Assembly: GCF_000002075.1 (NCBI RefSeq)
Contig: NW_004797412.1
Location: 37,493-101,492, forward strand
Source: Aplysia californica
Taxonomy: Eukaryota
Reading direction: 5' to 3'
DNA: 64,000 nucleotides
In this document: piece after piece, positions 1 to 14,063 of the stretch
How the letters are laid out: each line of letters opens with the position of its first letter
Position numbering within the stretch: the stretch's first letter is position 1
Position numbers and translations under genes: made by a program
Notes under the pieces: generated by a model
Told to the model about the DNA's origin: nothing
What the model saw: only the letters and a program-made list of their open reading frames with translations
Database searches by the model: none

Positions 1-1
1 C

Positions 2-54
<53 letters not shown>
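1..54. repeat. (CAGA)n microsatellite
   Basis: direct. Confidence 0.95.
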
Positions 55-1308
55 GGGAAAATTGCAATTTTGGGCATCTCTTTTGGCTAGAGTATATCAA
101 AGCGGAGACGAACTATCCATTACGCTTCGAATTTTGGGGTGTCCTTTTTGGACCAATTTATGTAATATCCCATCCATATTGGACCAGTAGACAGGTTAAT
201 TTATTTCGCAAGGCAACAATTGTGCGAGAGAAAGTTTCTAGTTATCGGGGGCATCAAATACAAACAGGACAATCACGTCACAGTAAGCCCACATGGCTAT
301 CGGAAATATTTTGTGGAACTTGTGCCAACGAGCTGTTAGCCAGCCTGCCTATAAACCGTGTACATGTACATAGCCTTTCTGAAATCTTTAACCCAGCTGC
401 AAAATTATATAAAAACCAGCTATAAGTCCACCTCCCCCCTCCGTGCGGTGGGCAGAGGGCAACAGATACACAGCAGGCCTTCAGAATCTCTTTTTTTAAA
501 AATCTATTTCAAAAGACTGCATTTGGTGAAAAGAGGCAACGAGAAAATCGATTCCAAAATTAAAGCAAGAAATCGGGTTCAAAAGAGACCCATTTTCAGT
601 GGTCCAACAAGAACTTTGTAGTTACTGGTTCAAAAGAAACTCCGCCTCGAATTTCACGCCATCCCCGCCCGAGGTTCTTTCTTTGTGCGTGGCCTTCAAC
701 TCGGAATGGGAAAAATGTTTATAGTTTCAATTAAATTAAGAGTTTCACGGCACTTGCAACACACACAGGTCACATAAGTGCAGAAGCTCCAGGGAAAAGG
801 TCTATAATATTTTCTTAACTGACCATAGACAAAAATTAGCATTTGCCTGAGCAGCTTCTTGCTCACAAAGAGGCAAGATATTGTAGACCAATGCAAAGAA
901 CGGTCATGTCCGCAATCAGTAAGGAATAAAGGTTAAAAAAAAAGCAGGCCAGCTCGTAGTAAGCTATCAATTAATCTCCTTATTGAATTGTAAAAGTGTT
1001 GTACCTTTATCGACTCAATTTGGACACTCAGGAGACGAGCGGCTCCGATCCTGCCTGCCGGGCTCAACCTCCGTTGAGAGGGTTGTTACAACGTCATAGC
1101 ATAAAAATTTTCCCCGCACAGGAATCAAATTGACGTCATCTGATTATAACTCCACTGCGCCAAAACCGCAGACACCGATAAAACTTTTTTTTTCTTAGTG
1201 AAATTTGATAACACAATGAGATCACCACTTAGGAGCGCTACCTACCGAGTGACTGGTTGAGTGTTCGTGTTTTCCGTCGCCACTGACATAATGTACAAAT
1301 TTACGAGA

Positions 1309-1310
<2 letters not shown>

Positions 1311-1361
<51 letters not shown>

Positions 1362-1486
1362 NNNNNNNNNNNNNNNNNNNNNNNNNNNNNNNNNNNNNNN
1401 NNNNNNNNNNNNNNNNNNNNNNNNNNNNNNNNNNNNNNNNNNNNNNNNNNNNNNNNNNNNNCACACACACACACACACACACACAC
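1311..1486. repeat. (CT)n and (CA)n microsatellites flanking a 100-N gap
   Basis: direct. Confidence 0.9.
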
Positions 1487-2950
1487 AGAGGCGAAAATGG
1501 GTATGGTAACATTGCACGCACACACGCACACACACACAGATGAAAAGGGGTAGGGTAACCCAATAAACACACACCCACCTACATGCATACCCACACATAC
1601 ATAAAGACGATGAAGGAGAGAGAGGAGCATACACGCATGAGAGAACATACAGGCATGCAACAACACACGTGACCGCCTGGGGTTGCAGTATCGACGTGAG
1701 CAATACCGCTTTGCCCGGAGGACAAACATTAAACAGCGATTATTATCTACCTGGAAAAACGGGGGGGGGGGGGGGGGGGGGGGAGAGAAAAAAAAGCCCA
1801 TCCTCCTCATCCTCTGGGTGCCAATGGGGAGGGCATACTAAACAATATTCTATCCGGTGATGACAATAGTGGCCCGGGGTGGGTCAACAGCGGATGGAGC
1901 CTATTAGCCTATTAATCGATATATAATGTACCACAGGTGCCGCCCATGTGGTTCAAGAGGGGGGGGTGGGGGTGGAGAGGGAATAGTGTATCTGGACACG
2001 GTATAATTACGAAGAGCACTGTTCATTTCGTACATCCATCCAACTCCAAGTTCACTTGGTAGCTTCGGGAAGACAAAAAAATGGTATGCTTGGATAGTTC
2101 GTTGCTCTAACCAGCTGGGACATATGCAATTTGGCTAATGAAGCCACTTAGAGAATATCTCACCCTCGTGCGCAATCATTCGTGCACTAAATCATTCACC
2201 AAGGCATAGGCATTCGCACATTCGATAATGGCCAACCACCAGGACTATTAACACCAAATACACCATAGGGTGCCCATTTTTTTTTAAATAGAGCGGTTTA
2301 TTCAGAATATTTTTTTCCCTTCACTTCGATATGGCCATGGAGGATAGATTTGAAACTAAGACTTCTCCATTTGTTATTCCAGCTAATGCTTTTTGTCCTC
2401 CAAGACGTAGCGTTATATGTGGATGAGGGAACTTTTGCTGCCTCCCAGAAAGCGGCTAAAAACATTTACGCACTTCCCCAATGTTCTCATGGCGCAATTA
2501 CGTGAATGAATACTATAAATCAGCAAAAACTCACTAATAAATACAAAAAAGAAAACTTTGCATATAGATGGTTGAACGCAAGGCATTTTTTTCGTGCTGC
2601 TATTAAGACAAATTAAATCGAGTTTAGCGTAAACATTTGGCACATTTTTGTAATTTCTTATGAACATTATTTCTACAAATTCTTTTCATTATTGTTGTTT
2701 AATGGAAGGCCTACAGTACATCATGCAATCACAAAACTTAAAAAGTGCCTATTAGTGCATTCTGTCTCGAAACCATTAATTTAGCCCAAATGAAACAAAA
2801 ATCCACTTGACCGAAAGATACCCAATACCCCCCCCCCCCCCCCCANNNNNNNNNNNNNNNNNNNNNNNNNNNNNNNNNNNNNNNNNNNNNNNNNNNNNNN
2901 NNNNNNNNNNNNNNNNNNNNNNNNNNNNNNNNNNNNNNNNNNNNNCTCTC

Positions 2951-2994
<44 letters not shown>

Positions 2995-3613
2995 ACCGTC
3001 CACAACTGTCCACAAAGAAACAATGGACAACTCACATTTCTCTGATCAAATTGAACGTATAAAAACCGAAAGGTTTCCACAGACCGAATACCTGTGGTGA
3101 AGAAAGAAATGACGTTGACCTGGTTTGTTGAGCACAACGGTTCTGTGGGTAGGTCGGCATTTGTCTGCATGACCGGGTACGCATGGTCGGGTCGGGGGGT
3201 AAAAGCAGACGAATAACTGGCATGTGTGCTACTAACAAAACTTTAGAGAGGAAAACGAATGACTGAATGTGTATCTCTGTTACTGAAAGGAATAAAAAAT
3301 ATGGGCGTTTTCGGAGTTCCATTGAGTTGTGAGAGTACAAACTATCTCTTGGACTTGTCCATGTCTAAGTTGACTATTACTTTCACAAAGAATCGTACCT
3401 AACAGCACTGTCCCAGTATACCACCAAAAAAAGTCTCCTCTATGAAGATCGAACCGGATTAGGTCCAAAGCCGAATTGAGGTATAAACATGAGACCCTGT
3501 CTGCGTGACTCAAAAATGATCTTATGGTAAAAGTCCCAATCGACACAATTTGCTACAATTCAGGAGGTGGACAGCTTCAACCCCAGCCGCCAGGGCCAAA
3601 CCGGGCTGAGTGT

Positions 3614-3788
3614 TTATGTTTAGTAGAGGTTTTACGGCGCTCACAACTGCATAGGGTCATATGAGCGCCAGAAGATTAGAGGTGTTACAAGAGAGTAACA
3701 CACATAAAAAAAGAAGGTAAGATAAGGACGATAGATGTTTGATAGGGAAGAAGAAGCAAACCACACCAGAGCACCCGCCAACCACTCA
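3614..3788 (-). mobile_element. Short retroposon (family C) with the same 3' hairpin tail
   Basis: Tail GGCGCTCATATGACC...GAGCGCC on minus; 12-bp TSD CGGGCTGAGTGT (3602, 3789). Confidence 0.75.
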
Positions 3789-4194
3789 CGGGCTGAGTGT
3801 GATAGAGTAGAAAGAAGATAGTAAATAAAATGGCTTCCCTATATAAGAATCGAAATTTGGGTCTTGTGCAGGCAGCACGTGGAAAATTAGTTCAATTAAC
3901 TAGCATGATAAGAGAGAAAGCACGTAATCGCAAGAACTAATAAGCTGCAAAGTGCCCCCTGTACAAGTGTCATGTCCTGAGAGAGAAGTCGGTGCTAATT
4001 AGTACTTGCAAACCGAACACGCCACGACAGGAGGGGGGGGGGGGGGGGGGGGGGTTAATATTTCAGCATTTGTACATAAATTATAATAGTATGTGAGCGT
4101 GCATGCGCGCAAGTGCCTTGGGAAAAAAATGGGGGATAGAAAAGAAGAAGAAATAAAATGGGGAAGAGAAAGTGTGTGTGGGAAAAAGTTCTTT

Positions 4195-4707
4195 TTGTTT
4201 TGTTTTTGGTAAGTGTTTTGCGGCCCTCGCAACTGCAAAAGGTAATATATGTAGCGCGCGGGACACATTAAACATTTTCAGTTGGTATGAAATTTCTGAA
4301 ATTTGCCCGGGTGCGGCCGAAGCCTACTCTTATCCATTTTAGACCACCAAGGGATCTTTAACATGTGCAACTTGCATACGGGACCTCCGAAAATTTTCAC
4401 CCTTTTCTCAGAAATCTTGGTGTAGATCTTTCCTACCAGAAGATCAGGGGTGTGGCTGAAATACATCAGTAAAAAGGGCCATGGAGTAGCAGTAGAAAGG
4501 CTGCAGAAGGAGTCAGGAGCCAAGAGAAAGGGGTAAAGGAGGTGAAGGGGTGGGGGCAGAAAGTGGAGACGAAAGCAGACGACAGAACATAGCTAGAGAG
4601 AAGGAAAGGAGGTGAAAGAAAAGTTTTAGAGAAAAAAACGTTTTTCCGTTCGAACCCGGGACCTTTGAATGAGAGGCGAACACCCTATCTTCTGGGCCAC
4701 GAGAGCC
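4195..4707 (-). mobile_element. SINE family A copy
   Basis: Reverse-complement similarity to 12439-12973 over its full length. Confidence 0.88.
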
Positions 4708-7700
4708 GTCAAAAATGTATTTGTGAACTTATTAAAAAGACATTCTCCTCGAAAACATCAGACTATCTTCAAATTAACTTTTTTTGTAAATCGTCTAATC
4801 ACAATGGCTTCAAAAGAAAATAAATTAATGAAATTTGCAGTCACTTTGAAAGGAATGTCAGTTGAGACCACTTTTTTTTTTTTTACCTAGCTCTTGTCCT
4901 TTGTTTGAGAGTAGATAGTTTCAAATTTCAAGTACAAAGGGTGACAACTGTCACTTACGGTAACTCTATTTCTGCGAAGTAGAGCAGCACAGTATAACAC
5001 ACTTTTGGAAGGTAAATTAATTCTAGCAGTTTCATATCATCACATTTCATAATACGCCCCCCCCCCCCAGGTCTTCTCAATGTTATCATATAAAACATAC
5101 ATATTGAATGTATATATATATAATATAGCTACAGTCGTCTGAGACAGTCATAAAGAGTAGCATATCGACCACAAAAACTAATAAATAAAACCCGACTACT
5201 CAGAACTGAAAAGAAGGAAAAAGTAAGACGAAAGACCATGACAAAAGGCGGACAAGAATAGTGGGAGCATCACCTACCAGTGTTGTCCTCCATCGCACAG
5301 TCCATCCCCACCCTCACCCCCAATTGTGCCCGTGAAACCCACTTAATCCCTTCAAATTCAAATACATTTGCACGATTACAAAAGCACAGACACACAAACA
5401 AACGCATAGACACACACACANNNNNNNNNNNNNNNNNNNNNNNNNNNNNNNNNNNNNNNNNNNNNNNNNNNNNNNNNNNNNNNNNNNNNNNNNNNNNNNN
5501 NNNNNNNNNNNNNNNNNNNNNNNNNNNNNNNNNNNNNNNNNNNNNNNNNNNNNNNNNNNNNNNNNNNNNNNNNNNNNNNNNNNNNNNNNNNNNNNNNNNN
5601 NNNNNNNNNNNNNNNNNNNNNNNNNNNNNNNNNNNNNNNNNNNNNNNNNNNNNNNNNNNNNNNNNNNNNNNNNNNNNNNNNNNNNNNNNNCAAGAAATGA
5701 AAATGAGCGCATTACTGTATACAATTTTCCTTTTTTGGTTGCTTCAAACAACCAATAACTCGAGGCGACAAAGAGAAATGTTCATAATAGGCTAATCCAA
5801 AAGGGTGCAGGCATCGTTTTCTCACTGTTCCATGGCGTCACGCCACGTTTCACTCGGTTTTCTTTCAAAATTTGACTTTTTATTCCGAGTTGCTCAATTA
5901 GATCCCATAGGCAGTCGACGCTATAAAATCATATATTATAAATTGTACCCACTACTGACAGGTTCAATGTTTTTTCCAGATAAATCGCTCTTCAGCGGGG
6001 ATAAATTTAGATTTTAAAATCATAAATCTTCAACGTTCTTTGTGATACACGAATTCATCATTTAAGCCATTCATTAATGTGATGTTGTATTTCAAATTTT
6101 TTCAGAAGTAAGCAATCTGGTGTAAACAGGGGTGAATCATTTTGATACAAAAAGCAATTCAGCTTGGAATCAAATGCCTTTCAATACACATGTTTTTTAA
6201 ACGAGAAAAAAAGGGATTAATTATGAAACACTGTCACTTTCATAGAGCGTTTGAAACGGCGTCAAAACTTAGTCGCAAAACTATGTCACGAACAAACCAT
6301 AAATTTTGATGGTGTCAACACGTTATGATTGTTACATGTACAAACATTAATTTTCTCTCATTGACTACCTTGGATTATATAAATGCATGTAGCACTCCTT
6401 ACTTCCACCTTTGTCGATTAGTTTGGAGTCCTATGCATATATGACTCAAATATTTTGTTTTAGCAAGCGTTTTAGGACACTTGCAACACAAATGAGCCAT
6501 ATGATAACGGAAGATGCGATGTGTGTTACAAGAGAGTATCATCATATACAAAGAAAAAGAGGCGAGAGAAGGACGACAGGTGTTTGATAAGAACACTGAC
6601 AACATCACTCGCCAACCACCCACCTCAAATACAAATGTACATCATATCTAACAATCGACTAGATCCTAGTTTTCGAAACGTCGATAGATCTTGTCATTCG
6701 ACCATTAGTTGATTTCTTTCCCCAAAAGTCACTACTGCGTTCTTCACCGTCCCGACCCCAACTGGCTCACCCATAAAACCACGCCATCCTCCACTCTGAT
6801 TATCCAGCTGGCAAAGGTTCAAACTGGGTGTTGTTGTGGCTTTAAGACGTTACAATACTGTGTAGTATTACGTTGCGTAATCGCTTAGGGGCGGGTTATG
6901 ATCGGAAACCTGGGGGGGGGGGGGAGCACGGAGCAAACGTCCAACTACACAACAAATTATTAATCGACCAAAGAAGCAAAAGGTGAAGGTGTTTCTGCGA
7001 GAAAGGAGATTACAATACAGAGGGAAAACACTCGATGAAAACACATTTGTACATTGGCGGGGAAGAAAAACAAACGTTTTAATTCTATCACCTGAGGCCA
7101 CGTTTAACTCTGCACAGGAAATGTTTTGAATTTAAGTGTATAATTACAAATGTGGGGGTTTTTTCGGTCCTGGCCAGGAACACTCTCTCTTCCCTCGGGA
7201 GATTGGGTGATTACGTGCAAGGACAATAAAAAAATAATAATGAAGAGCAGTCTCAGTGCCCCCGCCGGGAATCCTTTAATCCCGTGTCGACGCCAAAATG
7301 TTCTCCCCACTCGATTGCAAATTTAAGAATGACTGAATATTTAATAAACAAGGCTGCCTGTAGATATGTGATAATCGTCTCTCTGACATAATGTGTGGGC
7401 CCGTTGCCAAGATGCACGCTAGTGATGTTGGGACTTTCAGAGTCGGACCATGTTGGGTCAGGAGAGGAAAAGGAAAGTACAGTCATGCAAATGTTTGAAT
7501 ATGCAGAAGTCTGTTTTGTGTATTTTGCTGATGTTATTTTTTTTTAATTGTAGCTCATTACTAGTCAGCGCTAATGGCTACAGTTTTTTCATAACCAGGA
7601 TATTAGTCTTCATATCACAGGAAAGAATAAGGAGATTGCATCACGGCACCTATTAACCACCCGCAGTACATGTATACTAAAAAAACAAACAAAAAAACTA

Positions 7701-8157
7701 CCCAAAAACAAAAACCAATGCCGGACAAAGAACACTTCAACTGAAATGGCTTGGAGAACAGTTTGTTCCTTTTTGGAAAAGCAACGATTTCATACTTTAC
7801 TGGCAGACAGTATTGTCTCATTTGTTCGCTTGTTTTAAAATCAAAAGATGTAAAACGACACAATATTAGACATTTGATATAGAAAGACAGAGACAACACA
7901 GCGGAGCTGGAGCAACCAGTGGCGTCCTCTGACCACCCACCCACCAGTTCTGATTTCGCACGTGGTACATTCGTATGACTATAAACTTTCGTTTATCCCA
8001 AAGACATACATTGTCACCTCTGCCAAGTCTCCATTCCGTAACATCTGCCTACCACTTATCGTTAACTATCAATATGGAACAAAACAACAAAATGCCATGC
8101 CTATGTGTGCGTGCCAATGTGCGTGTGAGCGGATGTGCGTGCGGATGTGCGCACGCA

Positions 8158-8225
<68 letters not shown>
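8158..8225. repeat. (GT)n microsatellite
   Basis: direct. Confidence 0.95.
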
Positions 8226-8226
<1 letters not shown>

Positions 8227-8634
8227 CTGAAAAGGGAGAAGAAACTACACTACTGTAAAATACCACGCATTTTATAATACGTATCGGCATCCTCCACCCC
8301 CCGACCCCCACCCCCACCCATGAATTGATGACACTCGGAAATGGGGAGGCTGTCGGGGGGATGGCTGGCATCAAAGTCGCGTACAAGTCGCAGGGTGACC
8401 CTTGCTGTGTCAGCACGACGAGTCGATTCACTGGCTTGATCGATAACAATTTGAACAGCGAATGCCTTCCATCCAGTGGCTCCCACCTTCGCTGGGTCAT
8501 TTCGCGTCCGTGTACACATCAATGTTCCATCTATTACCCGCCATTGTGATCGATCTGCCAAGTTCCCAGCCATAAGGTATAATTAGTAATAGCATGGAAT
8601 TCCGCTCAACTCCTTCGTCTCTAGAACATCAGGA

Positions 8635-8652
8635 ATATAATATATATATATA

Positions 8653-8722
<70 letters not shown>
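8635..8722. repeat. (TA)n microsatellite
   Basis: direct. Confidence 0.95.
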
Positions 8723-8725
<3 letters not shown>

Positions 8726-10431
8726 AAAAAAACCTTTAGGAGCGAACACAATCACCATTTGTTTTTGTTTTTGTTTGGGGGTTTTTGTGTGTTTTTTGTT
8801 GTTCCAAGTCAAAAATTGCATCCAAGCAAACATTTTCCTCCATAAAAATAGTAACAATCGACTCCAGTATGGTGGCCTATAATCCCACAACTATTAAGCG
8901 GTGGTTCAACCCTGAAGCCTCGGATAAATAATATTATTATGATGCACGTCTCCATGGGTGCGTCTCGTCTGGCTTTCTTTTACTTTCTCTTCCAAAAAGA
9001 CAAGCTAAAACATATAAAAACAAGTAAATGGGACGGAGGGGGAAGACGTTGCCTTTGAATTTTATATGAGGATGCTCTAATGGTAGATGGGACTCTACAC
9101 CCAACGGAGTTAGCCAATATAATAATATCCTATACGATAACTAGCAGGGGAATAGACACCCTTTCTTTCTTCTTCTCGTTCGATTGCAACTCACAATGTG
9201 CATCGCCGAATATTACCAAAGGCTTCTCGATTTCATAACTGCCTTAGGGTCCGGTAATGATAATCATACATAGTTGGTTTGAATTAAAGAGGACGAAAAC
9301 ATAGAGAGGGACACAAGGACGAAAAACAGAAAGCGCACACGCACGCACAGCGAGAGACACGTACACTTTCCCCTTTACAACTTTCTTATTCACCCAGACT
9401 TCCACCACTGTAAAATATTTCCTGCTGGTCTTAAGCATGACGGCCGACTGCTTCCGGAGACCTAATCAAGACTGGGGAGTACAGTGAACGCTCCGCCGAG
9501 CCAATCATCTGCCTCATAGACACTACCCGCCTTGCTCCACGCTGTAGTTCTCATTCGGGCCTACTTTCACAGGGACATCTACCAGCAGCTTTTTCTGACA
9601 CAATAATCTTACTTTAGGAGTGATGTAACTACAATTAGTACTAGAATGTTTATTTATTACGGCATACTTTGAGAAAGAAGTAAATGAGGATACAACATCA
9701 AAACCAGAACACTCAATTATGCCTTCTAATGCCCACCAGCGTGGACCATCTCAATTTTCACAAAAATCGAATCCAGTGCAATAATGCCTAGTTCCCGAAT
9801 AAGTTGGCTCATAGAAGGGAAAGGGAATGAAGCAGCAGCAAATACATCATGTATATTGCGGGAAACGGTGAATCAGGCGTAACAAACCGCTGCATACTGA
9901 AACAAAGTGGTCGTCTTTTCACCAACAAATTTTCACAACTAGCATTTCATCGATGGAGATCGAGGTTCTAAGAGAACTTCATGATTTTGGAGCGCAACCA
10001 AAGTCCATTATTTGATACTCAAAGTAACATTTTCCCGAACGGCAAAAATACTTCATGCAACATAACATGGCAGCCCAATAGCTATCGTCCCCAGAAACGT
10101 CTGTCCTTCTCCTTATTCAGAAGACGGACAAGCTTCTTCCTCCACAGGCAGCAATCGTCGTGAGCCAGTGGAGAGCTATTGTGGCTGTAATTAAATGAGC
10201 GTGGGTATGGACCAGCAGATGCCGGTGGGGGGGAGGAGGTCAATGAACAAGTCTTGTAGGACATGGACAGAGCAAGACGCAGGACACAGAGAGCTAAATC
10301 TCACAGCATTTACTAAACCGTTCATTTTTAACACCCCCACCCCACCCCTGTTTTGATCTGATCTTTTGTCATTTGATCTGTACATGTGTATGAAAGTGCA
10401 TTTGTGCGTTTCGATGTGTGCGTACGTGCGT

Positions 10432-10438
<7 letters not shown>

Positions 10439-10493
<55 letters not shown>

Positions 10494-10519
10494 TGTGTGT
10501 GTTTGTGTGTGTGTGTGTG
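10439..10519. repeat. (GT)n microsatellite
   Basis: direct. Confidence 0.95.
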
Positions 10520-11586
10520 CATGTCTTTGTTCAACTTTGTTTCATGCGTGGCCCCATTCAGATGGACAACGATAACATTTATTGAACGCATTGGCCAAAA
10601 GCCTGATAACTAATGTATCATAACATTAACTAATTAACTGACAGATGATGCGACCGCATGTTTTAACGCTTCACGCAACCAATTCGGTAGCTCAAAATAA
10701 CCCTGTAAAATTTAAATTAAACGAGCTGTCTGCACGGGCGCACATTCACAGGTGTCCTGTTTCATCTCAAGTGTGATGAGCTCCAAGTAGTCGGGTAACA
10801 GAAGCATTGTATTGTACTTTTTGCTTGATCTATTTGCTATCATAAACATAAATTAGGTTGGGGGGTTTTTTCACAGCTAAGAGTATAATATATTGTGATG
10901 TACACACATACACACAGGGGGCACACGCAAAGCTAAGCAAAAGCAAAAAGAATTCGAGAAAGATGGAAAGGGAAGTCGTACAACGGGTCAAGCAGTCTCC
11001 TCTCACAGTTTTATAATAATACATGTATCATACATCAATATACGGCCATAATATTACACTAATGATATAACGTATTCACAATGGTCCATTCTGTATGCGC
11101 ACAATTTGCATCCGTAAGCAGCTAAAACACAGATCACGCACTTAAATCAAAAGCAACCATTAAGACCTAAAAAAGCATTTTTTGTTGTTTGTTTGTTTTC
11201 CAACACAAATGACACCACACATGCCTAAGCTATGAGCGCGCATGCACGCACGCACGACAGAAGCACGCACGCACGCACACACACACGCGCGCGCCGAAGA
11301 CCCTAATCGCACACCGCAAATTCCGCAGCAAAAGGAAACAACCACTTGACAGCGGCTGGCTGACAGGGTGCCCTGGTAATGATTCAAGTGTTTATCCAAA
11401 TGTACTCATTTTGTTCGTAGTCTTTAAAAAAAAAAAAAAAGAAAAGAAAGAAAGAACGGGGAAAAATAGAAGTTTCCATTCAGTAGTCTCTTAGAACATA
11501 CACACCCCGGCTTGTTTGTTACATAATACAGTTCTCACCTTATCTCTACCCCTTTTTTCTTCTCCCAATATTTTACTTCCATTTCA

Positions 11587-11790
11587 GGCGAACCATTAGC
11601 TAGGTTGCAATCATGCTGGGCTATTGTGTGGTCGGCTCTAGTTCGAATCCCAATGGGACGTTCTTGGATGTAGATACTTCGGGGATGTTAAAGTTCTGGG
11701 CTTACTTACCCGCCCTCTTGAAGATGGACGCTAAATTGGAAGGTCCCACCCCATGAATTATTACCCTACAGTGTTAAAAGTTTAGGGGCT
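11587..11790 (+). mobile_element. Degenerate tRNA-SINE fragment
   Basis: B-box-like AGTTCGAATCC near 11640 followed by a decayed SINE core. Confidence 0.35.
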
Positions 11791-12438
11791 TAAAACAATT
11801 ATAACTACAATGCATGTAATTAGTATCTTCCTTTGTCGCGGTGTGAATAATATATAGATACACAATGTAATAAACAAAGAAGTAAAAATAATGGCTTTCC
11901 TAGTACAGTGCGCGGACGCAGAGAGAGACGTCTTGTTCTGCGTTCGGCAAAGTGTCAAGGTCAGTGCAAACTGCCGAGCTGAAATGAACGAGCACGAGTG
12001 TGGTGTGGGTGGTGTGGCAGGACGGGTCACATTCGGGCGTTCGGGGAATTAAATTAAGGAGAAATAACAGGCCCCCGGAGCCCAGTTCAAACACCGCCAA
12101 TTACTGTACACCCTCCGGCACCAATTGCCTGAACCGTTAATTAAGATGGTCTCTCCAAAAGCTGGGTAGGGCAGTCCCTCATAATTAGCTCCTAATTTAA
12201 GCTTACATAAGAATTTGGTGTGCAATTCTTATTACTATATAACATCATGGAAATGACTTCATAACAATTGTGTATCACAAACACATCGCAAATACAGTAG
12301 TGTTCACAGGGATGAAGAATCAATTAACAATTAAATAAAAGGCCTGGGGTTTTTTTCTTACTAGTTAAGTAACTTCACAATACACTGATCTTTTCCTGGA
12401 CACACTGTGCACGTGTACCACAAATAATTTGCCCATAT

Positions 12439-12973
12439 GGGGGCTCTCGTGGCCTAGAGGTTAAGGGGTTGGCCTCTCATTCAAAGGTCCCGGGTTCGAA
12501 TCCGGGTAGCGACCGAAAAATTTTCTTCTCTAAAATTGTCTCCTTTCACCTCCTTTCCTGCTCTCTAGCAATGTTCTGTTGTCTGCTTTCATTTCCACTT
12601 TCTGCCCCCACCCCCTCACCTCCTTCGCCCCCTCCTCTGGGCTCCTGACTCTTTCTGCAGCCTTTCTACTACTGCTACTCCTTGGCTCATCCTTACTGCT
12701 ACTGTCTTTCTGCCACACCCCTGATCTTCTGGTAGGAAAGATCTACACCTAGCCTTCTCGGACAAGGGCGAAAAATCCCGGAGGGCCCGTGTGCAAGTTG
12801 CGCACATTAAAGATCCCTTGGTGGTCTAAAATCGATAAGAGTAGGCTTCGGCCGCCACCCGGGCAAAATTCAAAATTTCCTTCCGACTGATATTAGATGT
12901 GTCCCGCGCGCTCATATGACCTTATACAGTTGCGAGCGCCGTAAAACACTTTACAAAAGCAAACAAAAACAAC
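12439..12973 (+). mobile_element. Full-length tRNA-derived Nin/Deu-domain SINE (family A)
   Basis: A-box TGGCCTAGAGG, B-box GGTTCGAATCC, pyrimidine-rich body, Nin/Deu-like core (...TTAAAGATCCCTTGG...TCGATAAGAGTAGG...), GCGCTC...GAGCGC tail hairpin; TSD AATTTGCCCAT (12426, 12974). Confidence 0.9.
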
Positions 12974-14063
12974 AATTTGCCCATTTTTCACTACGAGCCA
13001 ACCAAACCGGCCAACCAAGCCACATTTATATTTAATTAACACACAATCACACAAGCAGCATGGTACATAAATGAAGAAGTAACAAATCCAACAAACGAGG
13101 AGAAGCAGAGATTGTAGAGAAAAAGACAGACATTTGGCAGCCCTGACAAAAGATTAATAAGAACATAGTATGTAGTATGTTAGAAGTGCAGTCAGTACTT
13201 GTGACATTGTGTAACACAAGAACATACTTGGTCACTGAGTATCACAGTATCACAGTTAAGAAGTAAATTTAGTTTTTTGTTCCCAGACAAATTTTATGTT
13301 AAACATACCACAAGCAAGTCATTTTGAAAGACTGACACAAAATATTCCAAGAAAAATTAGACTCTTCTTCTGTACATTCACCGAGTAGCATGACACAGCA
13401 ACCAGTAATACCCCGACGCCGGAGAATAGCTAAAAAGACGTATGCATTACCTAGATCTAGATCTACTCATAAGAAATATAAATTTAATGACATTCTTCCT
13501 ACGTAAAGCACCTTCCCATTTTATTGTGGTGGGTGAATCAATAGACTGCACCCCTCCCCCCTTCTTAGCCTTGAATACTATAGTCTATAGTAACTTTGGC
13601 TTGTCTTAGTAAGCATTCATGATAGGATCTTTTTATAAATTATATAAAAATTAAATTAGGCTACTAGGCCCTTGCCTTGGTTGGGTTAAAAAGATGTATT
13701 TTTCTGTAGCCTCCACAGAGCAGAGAGACTTTAAGAGCTAAAGTGTCACCCCCCCCCCCCCCCCCCAAAACACACACACACTTGTACTTTTGTAAACAAT
13801 CTCCACACAACCCAGAGTTGTATAGAAGATCTAGAATCTAGATCCAAATATCCAAATATAGAGATAGAATCTAAATCTAGATCTCTAGATTAGTTTAAGT
13901 TAGTGTTAGATCTAGATATTAGAATCTTACAGTAGGACGAGAGAGAGTAGTAGCAAAGTGCCAGTGAGTGAGTTGAGGTGGTAGTGTGTGAACAGGCATC
14001 TGGCACAGGGTTCAGAGTTAGGAAAGTAGTCAGATTTTTTTTAAACAAGGAAAAGCTGTTTAC

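Noticed and set aside
10699-10722. ACCCTGTA resembling the miR-10 seed
   Set aside because: The rest of the mature sequence and the hairpin are absent.
1222-11399. Many short ORFs with RE, CV, HT, YI repeats or X runs
   Set aside because: Translations of microsatellites and N-gaps.
12439-12515. tRNA gene-like A/B boxes (also near 4650, 28460, 45250 and 62450)
   Set aside because: Heads of SINEs with bodies, tails and TSDs; no proper cloverleaf or terminator.
13890-14063. 3' extension of the 214-aa ORF
   Set aside because: Intronic after the ATG|gtaaac donor; similarity to NKCC ends at LAELHEE.
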